Positions 20,276-30,602 of a DNA stretch of 64,000 nucleotides are shown piece after piece (position 1 is the stretch's first letter; every line of letters starts with the position of its first letter). The translations under genes and the position numbers were made by a program. The DNA is from an uncultured virus (IMG/VR IMGVR_UViG_3300047383_000862). Lineage: Duplodnaviria > Heunggongvirae > Uroviricota > Caudoviricetes. The stretch is taken from IMG/VR virus record IMGVR_UViG_3300047383_000862; one strand, 5' to 3'. The notes beneath the pieces are model-generated. The model was not told the origin of the DNA. It saw only the letters and a list, made by a program, of their open reading frames with translations, and did no database searches.

Positions 20276-20551
20276 TTATCTTTTGTGGTTTCCCATGCCA
20301 TCATAGTCCATTGTATCAGCGTCTACGCTCTCGCCTCTAATATAAGCACCAAACTCATCGTCATCCATGTGAGATGTTCCACCTTTAGGTTCGCAGAAAA
20401 CAACTTCTGCATTTTGCCTCCACGCTTTACTAATCTCCCAATCAGCATCTAGCTCAAAGAACGCTTTATTTTGAGCATCTTCGGGTGAATCTGCTTCAAT
20501 CTCAAAAGTACGATATGTCGTACTTGCCATTTCTACTTCGTATGTTTTCAT
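20276..20551 (-). CDS. small protein with IEAxxxEDA motif (DpnD/PcfM-like)
   Basis: MKTYEVEM...FEIEADSPEDAQNKA. Confidence 0.6.
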   Translation of the reverse strand: MKTYEVEMASTTYRTFEIEADSPEDAQNKAFFELDADWEISKAWRQNAEVVFCEPKGGTSHMDDDEFGAYIRGESVDADTMDYDGMGNHKR

Positions 20552-22931
20552 GTTATAATCCTAATTTAGTTTTTTGTTATTGTCAAGTATTAATAGATAT
20601 AAATTGGAGTGTATTCACCGACATACGCTCCATCAATATTAAAATAAAAATATTCTTGAGCTTCTTCCACGCTCATATTGTCTCTTTCTGTGAGAGTCTC
20701 AAGAATAGAATCAACAGAGTATACAACTCTACCTTTAGTATCATGACCAAGAATAGAATCATCAAACCCATCGGCAAACATTGCTTCGGGATTCATTTCT
20801 TTAATTTCTTCAACCAACTCTTTTCTTCTGTTTTCGTTCATGATTTAAGTATGAACCAACAAAAGTGATATGTCAAGACTTTTTTTTCTGCTTATGGATT
20901 TTTGTTTCTGCTCGCAACTTGTGAAGGTCTTCTATGATTTTCAAGCCCTTATAGTTCAAGCAGATCATTGGTGACAATTACCCCCACAACAATCATCGGA
21001 ATTTTTATCCTCGCAAATTTGCTCCAACGAATCAATACTTAAATTAACATTATTTTTTATTAAATTAAGTTCTATCTCTGACGCAATTATTTCTCTTGCT
21101 GAATCTGATTCTAGGTTTACTTGTAAGTCAGCAAAATTTTTTAAAACTTTAATTATTATTTCTTTCATTATTTAATCTTTTCCTGTTAATATATACACTA
21201 CTAATAAATACATCATAATGATGAAAATTCCAATACAAGCGAAGAGTTCGTATATTAGCTTTAATTTATGTTTTAACTTTTTTAGCATACTCTATATTTG
21301 ATTTATACATCTCTTTCTGCATCTTTAGCTCGCTAGTATCTTGTTGTAGCAAGCGAATACCTTTATCTTCTGTCATCTTACCATCAAGAATTTCTCTTAC
21401 AATTAACTCTATTTTGCGAGTTGTAATACGATACGGATGACTTCTGTAAAGGAACTTATAAAAGCGACCACTAATTTTTCCATGCTTTAGTTTTTTGTGC
21501 AAGAACCTTCTGTAATTGCAGTTTTTAGTATTATGTATTGTTTTCATAATTTAACATATCTTTTATTTTCACCATTTAATGTAAGCAACTTATTTAAATC
21601 ATAAGCCTCATCTTTGGTCAAGAGAATTTTTTTATTCGTTGGCAATCTTTCGTGACCATGTGGGCGATTCCAATCAATAATAATGTATTCACTTTTCATG
21701 TAGTTTTCTTTTTTTAACTTCTTTAGTTAATTCTTTTAATTGTTCATCAGATAATTTTGGGGCATGATATTTCCATACCTCGCCTTCTTTATCTAGCTTA
21801 GAACTTAGCAACATTATTTTGTTATAAAATGGATACAACCAACTAAGGCAATTAAAATACAAAAACCGACTAACCAAATCTCCACAATAATATAAAATTT
21901 TACTTAAAAATATCATACTCATCGAAATCATCATCTTCGGGGCGATAAAGATTGTTTTGCCATGCTTGCACCCTTTTATCCTTATCTTCTTGAGATTCAT
22001 TCAGACATTCATCGTACCACTTGTTTACTATTTTATTTGAGGCGGGATTGTGACCTTGTAGATTTGCTTCTAACTCTTCTTCGGTAAACCATTTATATTC
22101 TGTATTAAATAATGCGTCTACATTGCATGGATGGTATCCCATACTTACAAGCAAGCTCTTGAACATATCTGCGACACTCTCAACATCATGGTCTTCGTCA
22201 GATTCAATAGTATATGTTTTCCCGTAGTTAGTTACTTGTATTTTCATTTCCAATCTTCCTCTAATATATATTTTTTATTAACTCTATTCATCTTCAATGC
22301 ACGATTCTTTGTATTGGCTTCAAATTTGGATAGATTAGCATGACCTAAATAAGCATAAGGCGGTTTTGCTAAAGTATTAATGAGAATGTATTTACTAATT
22401 TTTGTATTATCTTCTATCATGTATATAATGATATTATTTATTCTTGTTTTTGTCAAGAAGTTTTTTAGCCTTGCGAACTTTTCTCCAATTTATTTCAGAA
22501 TAGTTGTCTCTAAATTTTTTTGAAGCATTGTTTCTAGGCGAATCGCCTTTGCCATTTCCGCTTGATTTTTTCTTCATTAGTTCCAATCAAAATCTATGTT
22601 GTATCCTATTGCCCTTCTTTTATTCCAACCCTTGGATGGGCAGGTTACTTCAATGCAAATATCTCTGCCTAAATGATCGCCATCTATAATTGGAGCACCC
22701 TCTTTATCCATTTCTTCCGCCCAATCTATATTTAGATCATTAAATGCAAAAAGATCATATTCCGATTCGTCATCTAGCCACATAATCGGGGCAGACCAAT
22801 CGTCTGTACCATCTTCTTGTCTGATGGTCAACCAACTTTGCGAGTAAGCGTTTGAGATTTGATCCACGCTTGAAATATGTTCTGATGGTAGACGATTCCG
22901 ATTGTATTGTTCTGTTAAATAATTATCTGAT

Positions 22932-23519
22932 CTATTTTGCATATTCATATTCCATTAATTCTTTTATTTGATCTCTTGCTAATTTCCAATAATGACTTTT
23001 CATTTCGTCAGTTTGACCACATTGTTCTGCTTGAATCATTTTCATACCATAATCATGCCATACCTTGCATATCTTGTCAATGTTTTTATCATCGGGTTTT
23101 ACATTATAATGATTCCAACATCTTTCTCCATCAATTATTTCTTGCTCTATCCATTCAGCAGGGAAACCTTGGGAAAAATACATCAAGTTGTTATCTTTGG
23201 CGAACTTAAAAGCAAGAGACACAAAACTATCTTCTACTTCATGCGACTCATAAAGATCAGCATCTTCGTACCAAGAATCGTGAACACTAATCTCAAATTG
23301 AAAAGTATCTTTGATTGCAACATATTCTTGTTGAAATTTTGGTCGGTTGTCGTCACCATGCTCTAGTATGTCAACACTATGAAGTTTGCCATACCATTTC
23401 ATGTGCCTCATAACTCTACTATTGTAGATGATCTTTTGAAACTCCTCAAGGAGTTCTGCATTAGACTTATCCGTAAAGGATGTTCTTTTAAAACTAACTG
23501 ATAAACCTTCTCCGCTCAT
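22932..23519 (-). CDS. hypothetical protein
   Basis: 195-aa ORF after promoter at 23549-23554. Confidence 0.8.
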   Translation of the reverse strand: MSGEGLSVSFKRTSFTDKSNAELLEEFQKIIYNSRVMRHMKWYGKLHSVDILEHGDDNRPKFQQEYVAIKDTFQFEISVHDSWYEDADLYESHEVEDSFVSLAFKFAKDNNLMYFSQGFPAEWIEQEIIDGERCWNHYNVKPDDKNIDKICKVWHDYGMKMIQAEQCGQTDEMKSHYWKLARDQIKELMEYEYAK

Positions 23520-23591
23520 ACTTAAAGACTAGCTATAATTATTAATATTGTCAACCCTATAATAAAAAATAATTCAAATAAAAATGTCCAT

Positions 23592-23981
23592 TCAGCCTTC
23601 AAAAACTATTTCCTTATTTCCTTGTTTATTATAATTAAATAAATAATGTTCCCTATCTGTATCAATTTGATGATAAGGATTATCTTTATTTGGCGGATCA
23701 ACTGCATAACAAGCGACATCCCATGACCATTCACTAGGATCAGTATATTCGTACTCTCCCGAACCATCTTGTTTAACCACGCACCACTCGTCTCCACAAT
23801 GAATATTATAATCTATATAATTACCATCTCCCAAATCATAACTATACCAATAGTCAAAGTTATCTCCTTCAGTTTCAACTTCGGGATTAGCTTCAACTTT
23901 TTTGATATGAGTTAATGCTAAATCAATTATTGCTGAAGCAACTTCTTTAGGTGCTTGCCAAGGTTTTTCTAATTCAATCAT
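23592..23981 (-). CDS. hypothetical protein
   Basis: ORF coupled to the upstream gene. Confidence 0.75.
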   Translation of the reverse strand: MIELEKPWQAPKEVASAIIDLALTHIKKVEANPEVETEGDNFDYWYSYDLGDGNYIDYNIHCGDEWCVVKQDGSGEYEYTDPSEWSWDVACYAVDPPNKDNPYHQIDTDREHYLFNYNKQGNKEIVFEG

Positions 23982-24217
23982 TATTCCATGCCCCCTTCTT
24001 TATTTGATATAATTCCTTTTTTAACTAACTGCTCAAAGACATTCCACATTTTTTGATAACGAGTCTCATGCAGTTGTTTTATGCCGATAAGCATATTTAA
24101 TAATTGGTCTTCAGTATGCTCGACAGGAGAATCTCCAATCGCATATATCATTGTTTCTATATCTTCACCTACTTGGTGAACATCACTCATTGCATCTTCT
24201 AATTCAAATCTATTCAT
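23981..24217 (-). CDS. conserved small phage protein
   Basis: RFELE...EDQLLNMLIGIKQLHETRYQKMW; own promoter. Confidence 0.75.
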   Translation of the reverse strand: MNRFELEDAMSDVHQVGEDIETMIYAIGDSPVEHTEDQLLNMLIGIKQLHETRYQKMWNVFEQLVKKGIISNKEGGME

Positions 24218-24249
24218 GGTATTTAATTATGTAGGTTTTTGAGCTTCTG

Positions 24250-25251
24250 TCAATTAAAAAGATTATTTCGTAACACTTTAATCGCTTGATCTTTTAACTT
24301 AACTTCACACTCCCACTTGGCAGGTTGATCGGGTTCAATAGCGATATGTGGTGGAAAATTTCCGAGAGCAAAATGATCTGCATGAGAGCGAGGCTTTTCG
24401 GGTTTACCTTCCGACCAATGAAAAACAGGAGCAAGAAAATTGTTATCGCCACTTCCTTGATTTATCCATGTATATGCACATCGCTCTGCTTGAAATGCAA
24501 TATTATGATCTTCGGATGGATTGCAAAAGTCATGTAAATTATCGTAGCAAACAGGAATATTTGCACCAAATGTTCCAAACAAATACTCACTAAATTTAAT
24601 GCAGTTATCTACATTAAAGAAACCTTTGTCTTCGTTCTCAATAGTTATTCGATTGTAAACACCTCTATCGCACATAGAAAGATTGCGAAAGAATCTAGTA
24701 GCAACAACTTCTAGCGTCTCATCCGCTTTAGGTGAATAATTAATATGTATATTCATTGGGGCGGTATGGTCTTGAGGTAATCCGACCATATCGAGAACGC
24801 TTGCTTGAAAATTTAATTCATTTATTGTACGACTGACTTTATCTCTATCGGGAGACGCAAGAACATTGAATTGATCGGGATGCGACCCTATTGATATATT
24901 AAAGCGTTTGGCGATTAAGCCTACAAACTCTAACCCTTTTTCGATTCTTGATTTGTGGGGCAATTCTGCCATAGAAATTTCCAAAGTCTGATCGGTAAGG
25001 AGAGGAAAAAGAGCAGAACTAAGACGATAATGCCTAATGTTTGAGGCATGGCAATGATTGACAATATATTGAGTAACAATAACATTGTGCAAAATTCTTT
25101 CAGATAATTGATTAATTGCTTCATCTCTACCCTCGGAGTTACACAAATCATTGAACCTTTTGCGAGTCATAGTTCTGAAAGAATATTTAACCTTATTCTT
25201 CTCTTTTAGTTCCTCGCTAATACAAGTTAAGCCTAGTATTTGTTCTGACAT
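24250..25251 (-). CDS. uvsE: UV-damage endonuclease
   Basis: LGLTC, YRLSS..FP, SHPDQF, IENED, DNLH, FHWSE, SHAD and CEVK motifs; start moved to MSEQIL, 6 nt after the -10 box. Confidence 0.9.
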   Translation of the reverse strand: MSEQILGLTCISEELKEKNKVKYSFRTMTRKRFNDLCNSEGRDEAINQLSERILHNVIVTQYIVNHCHASNIRHYRLSSALFPLLTDQTLEISMAELPHKSRIEKGLEFVGLIAKRFNISIGSHPDQFNVLASPDRDKVSRTINELNFQASVLDMVGLPQDHTAPMNIHINYSPKADETLEVVATRFFRNLSMCDRGVYNRITIENEDKGFFNVDNCIKFSEYLFGTFGANIPVCYDNLHDFCNPSEDHNIAFQAERCAYTWINQGSGDNNFLAPVFHWSEGKPEKPRSHADHFALGNFPPHIAIEPDQPAKWECEVKLKDQAIKVLRNNLFN

Positions 25252-25307
25252 ATTATAACTATAAGGCATCGGATTAAGCTTGTCAAGTTTTTTGTGTATT
25301 CTCTTGT

Positions 25308-25541
25308 ATGGAAATGAACGAAATATTGATGATCGCAATGGGTATGATGGTATCTGTGATCGCTTTCTTCTTGAAGAGAGAGAGCATGAAGGTAGAAAAG
25401 TTATCTAATAAACTGAGGGAAATTGAAGTAGATTTAGCAAAAAATGGAGCTAGAGATTCTGAAAGATGGGTTCAGACAACCAGACTCCTAGAGGATAGAA
25501 GGCAAGATGTCGTAAAGATATTTGAGAAAATAAATCAATAG
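25308..25541 (+). CDS. small membrane-anchored coiled-coil protein (holin-like topology)
   Basis: N-terminal TM helix then coiled coil; GTGTAT motif 8 nt upstream. Confidence 0.6.
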   Translation: MEMNEILMIAMGMMVSVIAFFLKRESMKVEKLSNKLREIEVDLAKNGARDSERWVQTTRLLEDRRQDVVKIFEKINQ

Positions 25542-25649
25542 TGAGCAACGAGTTAGAAAAAAATTTGTATGTGATTATCGCACTAGCTTTATTTTTCGTA
25601 GAGCGAGAAATTATAATTGATACAATATTTTTGGTAATTAGTCTTTTTC

Positions 25650-25922
25650 TTAATCCTCGATAAAACTTTTAATTGCATTTTCGCAAAGTTGATTAAATGT
25701 AATCCCTTGCTCATGGGCGAGGGTCATATATTTTAGTAGCTCTTTATCATCAAACTCTAGTTCAACGCTTTCATATTTAACTTTGCGAATTAAAACTGCA
25801 CCTTTTCTCTCTTCAAATTTTAAATCATCTCCTTCTTTCCATCCTAGCCTATTTAAGGTTTCTTCGGGTATGCGAAAAAATAATTCTCCATTGTCTGTTT
25901 CTTTTAGTTCTATTTCTATCAT
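25650..25922 (-). CDS. AbrB/MazE/SpoVT-type DNA-binding protein
   Basis: GELFFRIPEETLNRLGWKEGDDL. Confidence 0.75.
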   Translation of the reverse strand: MIEIELKETDNGELFFRIPEETLNRLGWKEGDDLKFEERKGAVLIRKVKYESVELEFDDKELLKYMTLAHEQGITFNQLCENAIKSFIED

Positions 25923-25923
25923 A

Positions 25924-26229
25924 TTATTTATTATTTGAGTTGTTACCTAAAAAATCTATTTCTTCGTATGGTATGGCATCTTCCTTATTGTAATCTTCAC
26001 AGATTGGGGCAAATTCTATTTTATCCATTTCTAATATATTATAAGATGCTTTTTGTGCATCGTCAAGCATCAATCTTAAAGTATCTAATAAATCTTTAAC
26101 GCTACAACCAATCACTTCGGGGTCTTCTGTAACAAAAGATATTTCTCCATCATCATTATAAATAACCTCATGCAAACCATAAGATTCATCTTTCGATTTA
26201 ATTATTCGATAATTCCACATATCATTCAA
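25924..26229 (-). CDS. conserved phage protein
   Basis: WNYRII...YGLHEVIY motif. Confidence 0.75.
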   Translation of the reverse strand: MNDMWNYRIIKSKDESYGLHEVIYNDDGEISFVTEDPEVIGCSVKDLLDTLRLMLDDAQKASYNILEMDKIEFAPICEDYNKEDAIPYEEIDFLGNNSNNK

Positions 26230-26593
26230 TTTCTAAAGGTCTGAGCCAACCATTACCCGCATGAAGTTCAGCAGTATCTTTGGGTTTTTCGAGAGTTAAG
26301 TTTAATGTTTTTGCTAGAGCTTTGATTTCTTTTAAATTTAAATCTGCTTTTTCTCCATTTATCCAAACTACATATGGATGAGTAATGTTGAAAGGAAATG
26401 GTGCAGGATTTATTTGTATCTGTCCTTCATATTTAGTTTTATCTATCTCCTTGATGAAGTTGGGCATAGGCTCGCTTTTAGGGATAGGTACAAGGGTAGC
26501 TTGCTTTATATTTGTAGGAACTGCAACATTATTTGATTGGAATCCGAACGCAGTAACAAAAACTAATAATATTATTATATTTATATATTTCAT
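26222..26593 (-). CDS. exported hypothetical protein
   Basis: N-terminal signal peptide. Confidence 0.65.
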   Translation of the reverse strand: MKYINIIILLVFVTAFGFQSNNVAVPTNIKQATLVPIPKSEPMPNFIKEIDKTKYEGQIQINPAPFPFNITHPYVVWINGEKADLNLKEIKALAKTLNLTLEKPKDTAELHAGNGWLRPLEIE

Positions 26594-26805
26594 TTATTTT
26601 CTTCTTTTAATATTTCACTTTCATCTATCCATTTTTCAGAATATTTACAAAATTTTTCTATCTTTAATAAATCTATATTCCAACCCTTATGCTCAATCAT
26701 TTCCATTTGGTACTCTAATGCTTCATTGGCATCTGATGCCATGTAATAATGAGCGTTAGACAATGCATCTCCTCTTCGTTTATAAGTTATTCTATATTCA
26801 AACAT
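26590..26805 (-). CDS. hypothetical protein
   Basis: ORF after promoter at 26851-26856. Confidence 0.7.
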   Translation of the reverse strand: MFEYRITYKRRGDALSNAHYYMASDANEALEYQMEMIEHKGWNIDLLKIEKFCKYSEKWIDESEILKEENK

Positions 26806-26876
26806 TTTTTAGCTCCATAAAATATATATTATAATAAAAAGAACTAATAATGTCAAGCCCCAATTATGATTTTTTA

Positions 26877-27068
26877 TCATACTAATCCTTCATACAAAGT
26901 TCTGATTGATTTTATTGTAGATTTTAATTCTAAAGTATAGTCTATTAACTCTAGTGTTCTAGCATAAGTTTTCTTGTCTTCAGAATTATCTTCCGCATGA
27001 TACCACAAGGAGTAAATATCTTGTCTTAAATGTGAAAGCTCATCTCTCGTCATGATAAATCCTCGCAA
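26877..27068 (-). CDS. hypothetical protein
   Basis: ORF downstream of ruvB; start probably MTRDEL. Confidence 0.6.
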   Translation of the reverse strand: MRGFIMTRDELSHLRQDIYSLWYHAEDNSEDKKTYARTLELIDYTLELKSTIKSIRTLYEGLV

Positions 27069-27982
27069 AGCTTGATTCCCCTTGAAGTGATTCTACGCTT
27101 ACCATCAATTTCAATTAAATTTTTGCCTAGTAAGTAAAGTTCGTGATCTCTTTGTAGTGATGTTTTGCTTAACCCTAATTTAGCAGAAAGACCTGTGAGG
27201 CTAATTGATCCACACTCTTTTAATATTTGCAGAATTTGTTTCTCGGTACGAGAAATGCCTAAAGGCAAAATACCAATAGAGTCACGCAAGTCTTTGAAAT
27301 GATGCGATTCAAACCTTTCAATCTCTTTAGATTCGCAGTACAACATAATCTCTCTTGAACGCATCACGGCACTTCTAGCATTGCTTCTGATTGTCGAGGC
27401 TACCTCATCTATGCATTCATCAGAGAAGGAAATGTTACCGCAACAAATTTTAATAATTTCACCAATCTCCTCTTGAGAATACGGATCGAAATCTATTGTT
27501 GTCAATCTATCTTTGAGTGGCGGAAATATCTTATCACTCTCTGTTGTCGCAAAAATAAAAGTTTGCTTTCTGAAATCGAACTCAAATGTCATCTCATTCC
27601 ACTCAAAACGCTTTCTTGTATTTGTTTCAGTATTGAAAATAGTTAGAAATGCCATCGTTAAATCTTTTGGTAAAGCATGGCATTCGTCAAAAAGAATTGT
27701 GATCTCATTATCTGCTATCAAAGGCAGGAAAATTTGCTCAAAAAATTGCTCATTATTTTTAATTGTAGAGCAATTCAATTCTAGGAACGAACGCTTGCCT
27801 CCGTTTCTATTGTATAGATTCTTAGCGAATGCTTTAGCAAATTCAGTTTTACCTAAACCTTTTGCACCAACTAGATTAAGAAATGGGCAAACGCTTGTTT
27901 TGTGAAACGCATCTAAATAAAAAGATAGTTTTTTCTTAACGCACTCTTGCCCAATCAAGCCATCGAAATAATTGTTGTTCAT
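27050..27982 (-). CDS. ruvB: Holliday-junction branch-migration AAA+ ATPase, RuvB-like
   Basis: FDGLIGQ, Walker A GAKGLGKT, Walker B FDECH, ATTE...PLKDR, C-terminal winged helix (ISLTGLSAKLG...ELYL...RRIT..G). Confidence 0.85.
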   Translation of the reverse strand: MNNNYFDGLIGQECVKKKLSFYLDAFHKTSVCPFLNLVGAKGLGKTEFAKAFAKNLYNRNGGKRSFLELNCSTIKNNEQFFEQIFLPLIADNEITILFDECHALPKDLTMAFLTIFNTETNTRKRFEWNEMTFEFDFRKQTFIFATTESDKIFPPLKDRLTTIDFDPYSQEEIGEIIKICCGNISFSDECIDEVASTIRSNARSAVMRSREIMLYCESKEIERFESHHFKDLRDSIGILPLGISRTEKQILQILKECGSISLTGLSAKLGLSKTSLQRDHELYLLGKNLIEIDGKRRITSRGIKLCEDLS

Positions 27983-28019
27983 GATATAAATCTAAAGTTA
28001 AAATTAGTAATTGTCAAGA

Positions 28020-28241
28020 TTAAAAATGAGTTATTTCATATTCGATCTTTGGAGTTTCTTCTTGCTCTTCTTTTTCTACGATAGATTCTTCTACTGATCC
28101 AATGTGAATCTCTTTACCCATTAAAGACTCTAGCCATTTTTTACAGACAACTACTTTAGCTTTCCTGCCAACCCAATCAGCTAATTCCTCATAGGAAATT
28201 TCAACATAAGGAGTATATCCTTTTGGTCTACCTCTCTTCAT
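28020..28241 (-). CDS. small protein with AT-hook-like N-terminus
   Basis: MKRGRPKG; paralog of 55415-55618. Confidence 0.7.
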   Translation of the reverse strand: MKRGRPKGYTPYVEISYEELADWVGRKAKVVVCKKWLESLMGKEIHIGSVEESIVEKEEQEETPKIEYEITHF

Positions 28242-28614
28242 ATTCTTTTATTAGTTTATTTAAATCTTGCCTATACTTATTTGTATCATCTCGGAGATCG
28301 TTTGTCCATTGAGTCAAAACATTTAAAGAAGTAATTGTTCGATTTTTCAACTGCTCATCTTTTTCGTCAGATAAAGTTATTAGCATATCTTGAATAGATG
28401 ATAGTTGTTTATTATATAATACTATTAATTGAGCAGTTACTTCAAGGGATTTATTAAATATTTCTAAGTGGTCTTGCTTGTTGCAGTACGACCCGCCTTG
28501 CAAAACATTTGTTACTTTCTCCATATTTGATAAATGATCCTGTTCGAGATTAAATAATTGCTCGGTATAGAATTCATAGCTATCCCAAGCTATTTCATTA
28601 CTTAAATCATCCAT
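28228..28614 (-). CDS. hypothetical helical protein
   Basis: ORF in packed run. Confidence 0.7.
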   Translation of the reverse strand: MDDLSNEIAWDSYEFYTEQLFNLEQDHLSNMEKVTNVLQGGSYCNKQDHLEIFNKSLEVTAQLIVLYNKQLSSIQDMLITLSDEKDEQLKNRTITSLNVLTQWTNDLRDDTNKYRQDLNKLIKEYEER

Positions 28615-28615
28615 A

Positions 28616-28792
28616 TTATAGAAACTTATATAAAAGATTTAATTGATTAACTCCAAGGTATTTATTAAAGTACGCACAAAATTCAGCAACCCTTGACGCA
28701 CTCCAATTTTCTTCGTTAATGATATGTCCTACTTCAGCGTATTCGCCTTCGTTCCACAAGTCTGTTAGTTTGATATATTCTGTTTTCATCAT
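28616..28792 (-). CDS. hypothetical protein
   Basis: Start moved to MMKTEY after promoter at 28822-28827. Confidence 0.65.
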   Translation of the reverse strand: MMKTEYIKLTDLWNEGEYAEVGHIINEENWSASRVAEFCAYFNKYLGVNQLNLLYKFL

Positions 28793-28834
28793 GTAATAAG
28801 CATTGCACACAACGATCAGCTTGTCAAACAAAAA

Positions 28835-29017
28835 TTAATCTAAGAATAGATTTTCGTGAGAAAAATAAACTCCTTTAGATAAAACTAGGTTTGAATTGGT
28901 TGGAGAATGAAATTCTACACCAACAGGCTCGCCTTCGGGTACGGGCATATTAGAGTCTTCATAGAAAAATTCTTCTACTTCGGACGCACAAACTATATCG
29001 AATGATTGATTATTCAT
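28835..29017 (-). CDS. hypothetical protein
   Basis: ORF in packed run. Confidence 0.6.
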   Translation of the reverse strand: MNNQSFDIVCASEVEEFFYEDSNMPVPEGEPVGVEFHSPTNSNLVLSKGVYFSHENLFLD

Positions 29018-29036
29018 ATTATTTATTATTTATTTA

Positions 29037-29297
29037 TTAATTAAAAAGCTCTAGTTGATTTGGATCATCTTCTTCCTCTTCAATAGAGTCTAAAAGTTCT
29101 TCAGTTTTATTAAAAGAATCTGCATTTTTTAGCCAATTTCTTTGAGCCATTCTGATTACAAAACGCATAAAAGAAAAAGCATAAATTTTATTTAATTCAA
29201 TATAACCATTAAACCCATCAGCTTCCATGATGGTGAATATTTTTTTCTCTTCATTATATTCAAAAGTGGCGTTTTTTAATTCTTTTCTAATTACCAT
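29037..29297 (-). CDS. hypothetical protein
   Basis: ORF with own promoter; ends in DPNQLELF (sliding-clamp-motif-like). Confidence 0.7.
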   Translation of the reverse strand: MVIRKELKNATFEYNEEKKIFTIMEADGFNGYIELNKIYAFSFMRFVIRMAQRNWLKNADSFNKTEELLDSIEEEEDDPNQLELFN

Positions 29298-29299
29298 GT

Positions 29300-29704
29300 T
29301 TATATGATGACAGATTTTCGCTTATTTGTCAAGCTATTATTTGCAATTTGCTCAATAAAATTTTTATCTCCCCTGTTGATTAATTTTGATGTATATTTGT
29401 CGCTAATGAGTTCGCATTTTAAATTCTCTAAAACAATTTTATTATTTAATTTATCGCAACAAGAAAATATATCAACAGCACAATAATTAAACTCATGCCA
29501 TGTATGAATACTCATATGACTTTCTGCGATTACTAAAACTCCTGTGACTCCATAAGGGCTAAAAGAATGAAATAAACTATTGACTATATTTGCATTACCT
29601 AGTTTAGCAGATTCAATAAATATTTTTTTAATTAAATTAGAATCTTTTAAAATATCTTCATCGCAATTATAAAATTCAACTAATTCGTGACTGCCTAAAT
29701 GCAT
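29300..29704 (-). CDS. speD: S-adenosylmethionine decarboxylase proenzyme
   Basis: LGSHELVEFYNC, HSFSPYGVTG, IAE|SHMSIHTW pyruvoyl site, DIFSC. Confidence 0.92.
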   Translation of the reverse strand: MHLGSHELVEFYNCDEDILKDSNLIKKIFIESAKLGNANIVNSLFHSFSPYGVTGVLVIAESHMSIHTWHEFNYCAVDIFSCCDKLNNKIVLENLKCELISDKYTSKLINRGDKNFIEQIANNSLTNKRKSVII

Positions 29705-29759
29705 AGGTATAAATATATCATATTATTTGAGAAAAGTCAAGAAAAAATTACTTTATCCA

Positions 29760-29951
29760 TCACCAATTTTTAATTATATTTGCTATAATAAATGAACAAG
29801 TCACCATATTTAAAACGACTATAATCGTTCGTAAGATTAAACTAAATTGAGCATCTTTTAAAGATAAAATTGGAATATCGGGCTGATCGTCATCAGTTCT
29901 ACCAACGCGATGATCTAGTGTTCTAGCCCAAATTAACCAAAGTTTTTTCAT
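29760..29951 (-). CDS. small membrane protein
   Basis: IWARTL...LRT...FIIANIIKNW, a common marine-phage small family. Confidence 0.65.
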   Translation of the reverse strand: MKKLWLIWARTLDHRVGRTDDDQPDIPILSLKDAQFSLILRTIIVVLNMVTCSFIIANIIKNW

Positions 29952-29953
29952 TT

Positions 29954-30406
29954 TTATTTTCTACTTTCTACTATTTTATTATAATATTTTTCATCCCAAA
30001 ATCCATAATAATTTGTTTTATGTAATTTATCTGAATATTTATTTAATTCAGACAATTTTTGTATTAATAAAATGGCATATTCTTGATTATTTGTCTCGAC
30101 TTCGTTTATTTTATTTATTTGATCGGGATGATCCCATATTAACCATAAATCTTTATCTCTTGAGTATTGCTCATGTATATCACAAAACCATTTAAGCCAT
30201 TCAGTATCATATTTGTTTTTATCTCCATATATAAGATATAACATTGGATGCTCTTTATTATCCATGCATTTTATGGCATCAACCCAAAAATCTTTTGACT
30301 CTATTATTTGCACTTTATTTAAAAAAGTTTTGGCAAATGGACAAATTGCGTGACCCCCAAGTTCTTTTCTTTGCAGGGAAATATATTCTATATAATCTTT
30401 AATCAT
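29954..30406 (-). CDS. DUF1415-like protein
   Basis: ICPFAK, WDHPD and LLIQKLSELN motifs. Confidence 0.6.
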   Translation of the reverse strand: MIKDYIEYISLQRKELGGHAICPFAKTFLNKVQIIESKDFWVDAIKCMDNKEHPMLYLIYGDKNKYDTEWLKWFCDIHEQYSRDKDLWLIWDHPDQINKINEVETNNQEYAILLIQKLSELNKYSDKLHKTNYYGFWDEKYYNKIVESRK

Positions 30407-30602
30407 TTAAATCGTTAGGTCGCCAATTAATGCACCACTTATAGCTTTGGACATTAGTTATTTTGCCCTTATCCTCTTCGGGTATATGACTAACTGCTGA
30501 TCGCAAATTTGTTTGCAATGTATCAATAAGAACAAGTAGTTCGTTTATCTTCTTATCTTTTTTATTTATTTCGAGTAATAGTTTTTTATCATTCATAATC
30601 AT
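30399..30602 (-). CDS. hypothetical protein
   Basis: ORF in operon. Confidence 0.65.
   Translation of the reverse strand: MIMNDKKLLLEINKKDKKINELLVLIDTLQTNLRSAVSHIPEEDKGKITNVQSYKWCINWRPNDLND

Larger units (their letters stand above)
18424..22948 (-). other. block of small hypothetical early genes (18424-18615, 18602-18826, 18858-19055, 19059-19259, 19256-19483, 19670-19858, 19855-20304, 20590-20841, 20965-21168, 21266-21547, 21689-22000, 21900-22253, 22244-22420, 22577-22948)
   Basis: Co-oriented, overlapping short ORFs with interspersed TTGAC promoters. Confidence 0.7.
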
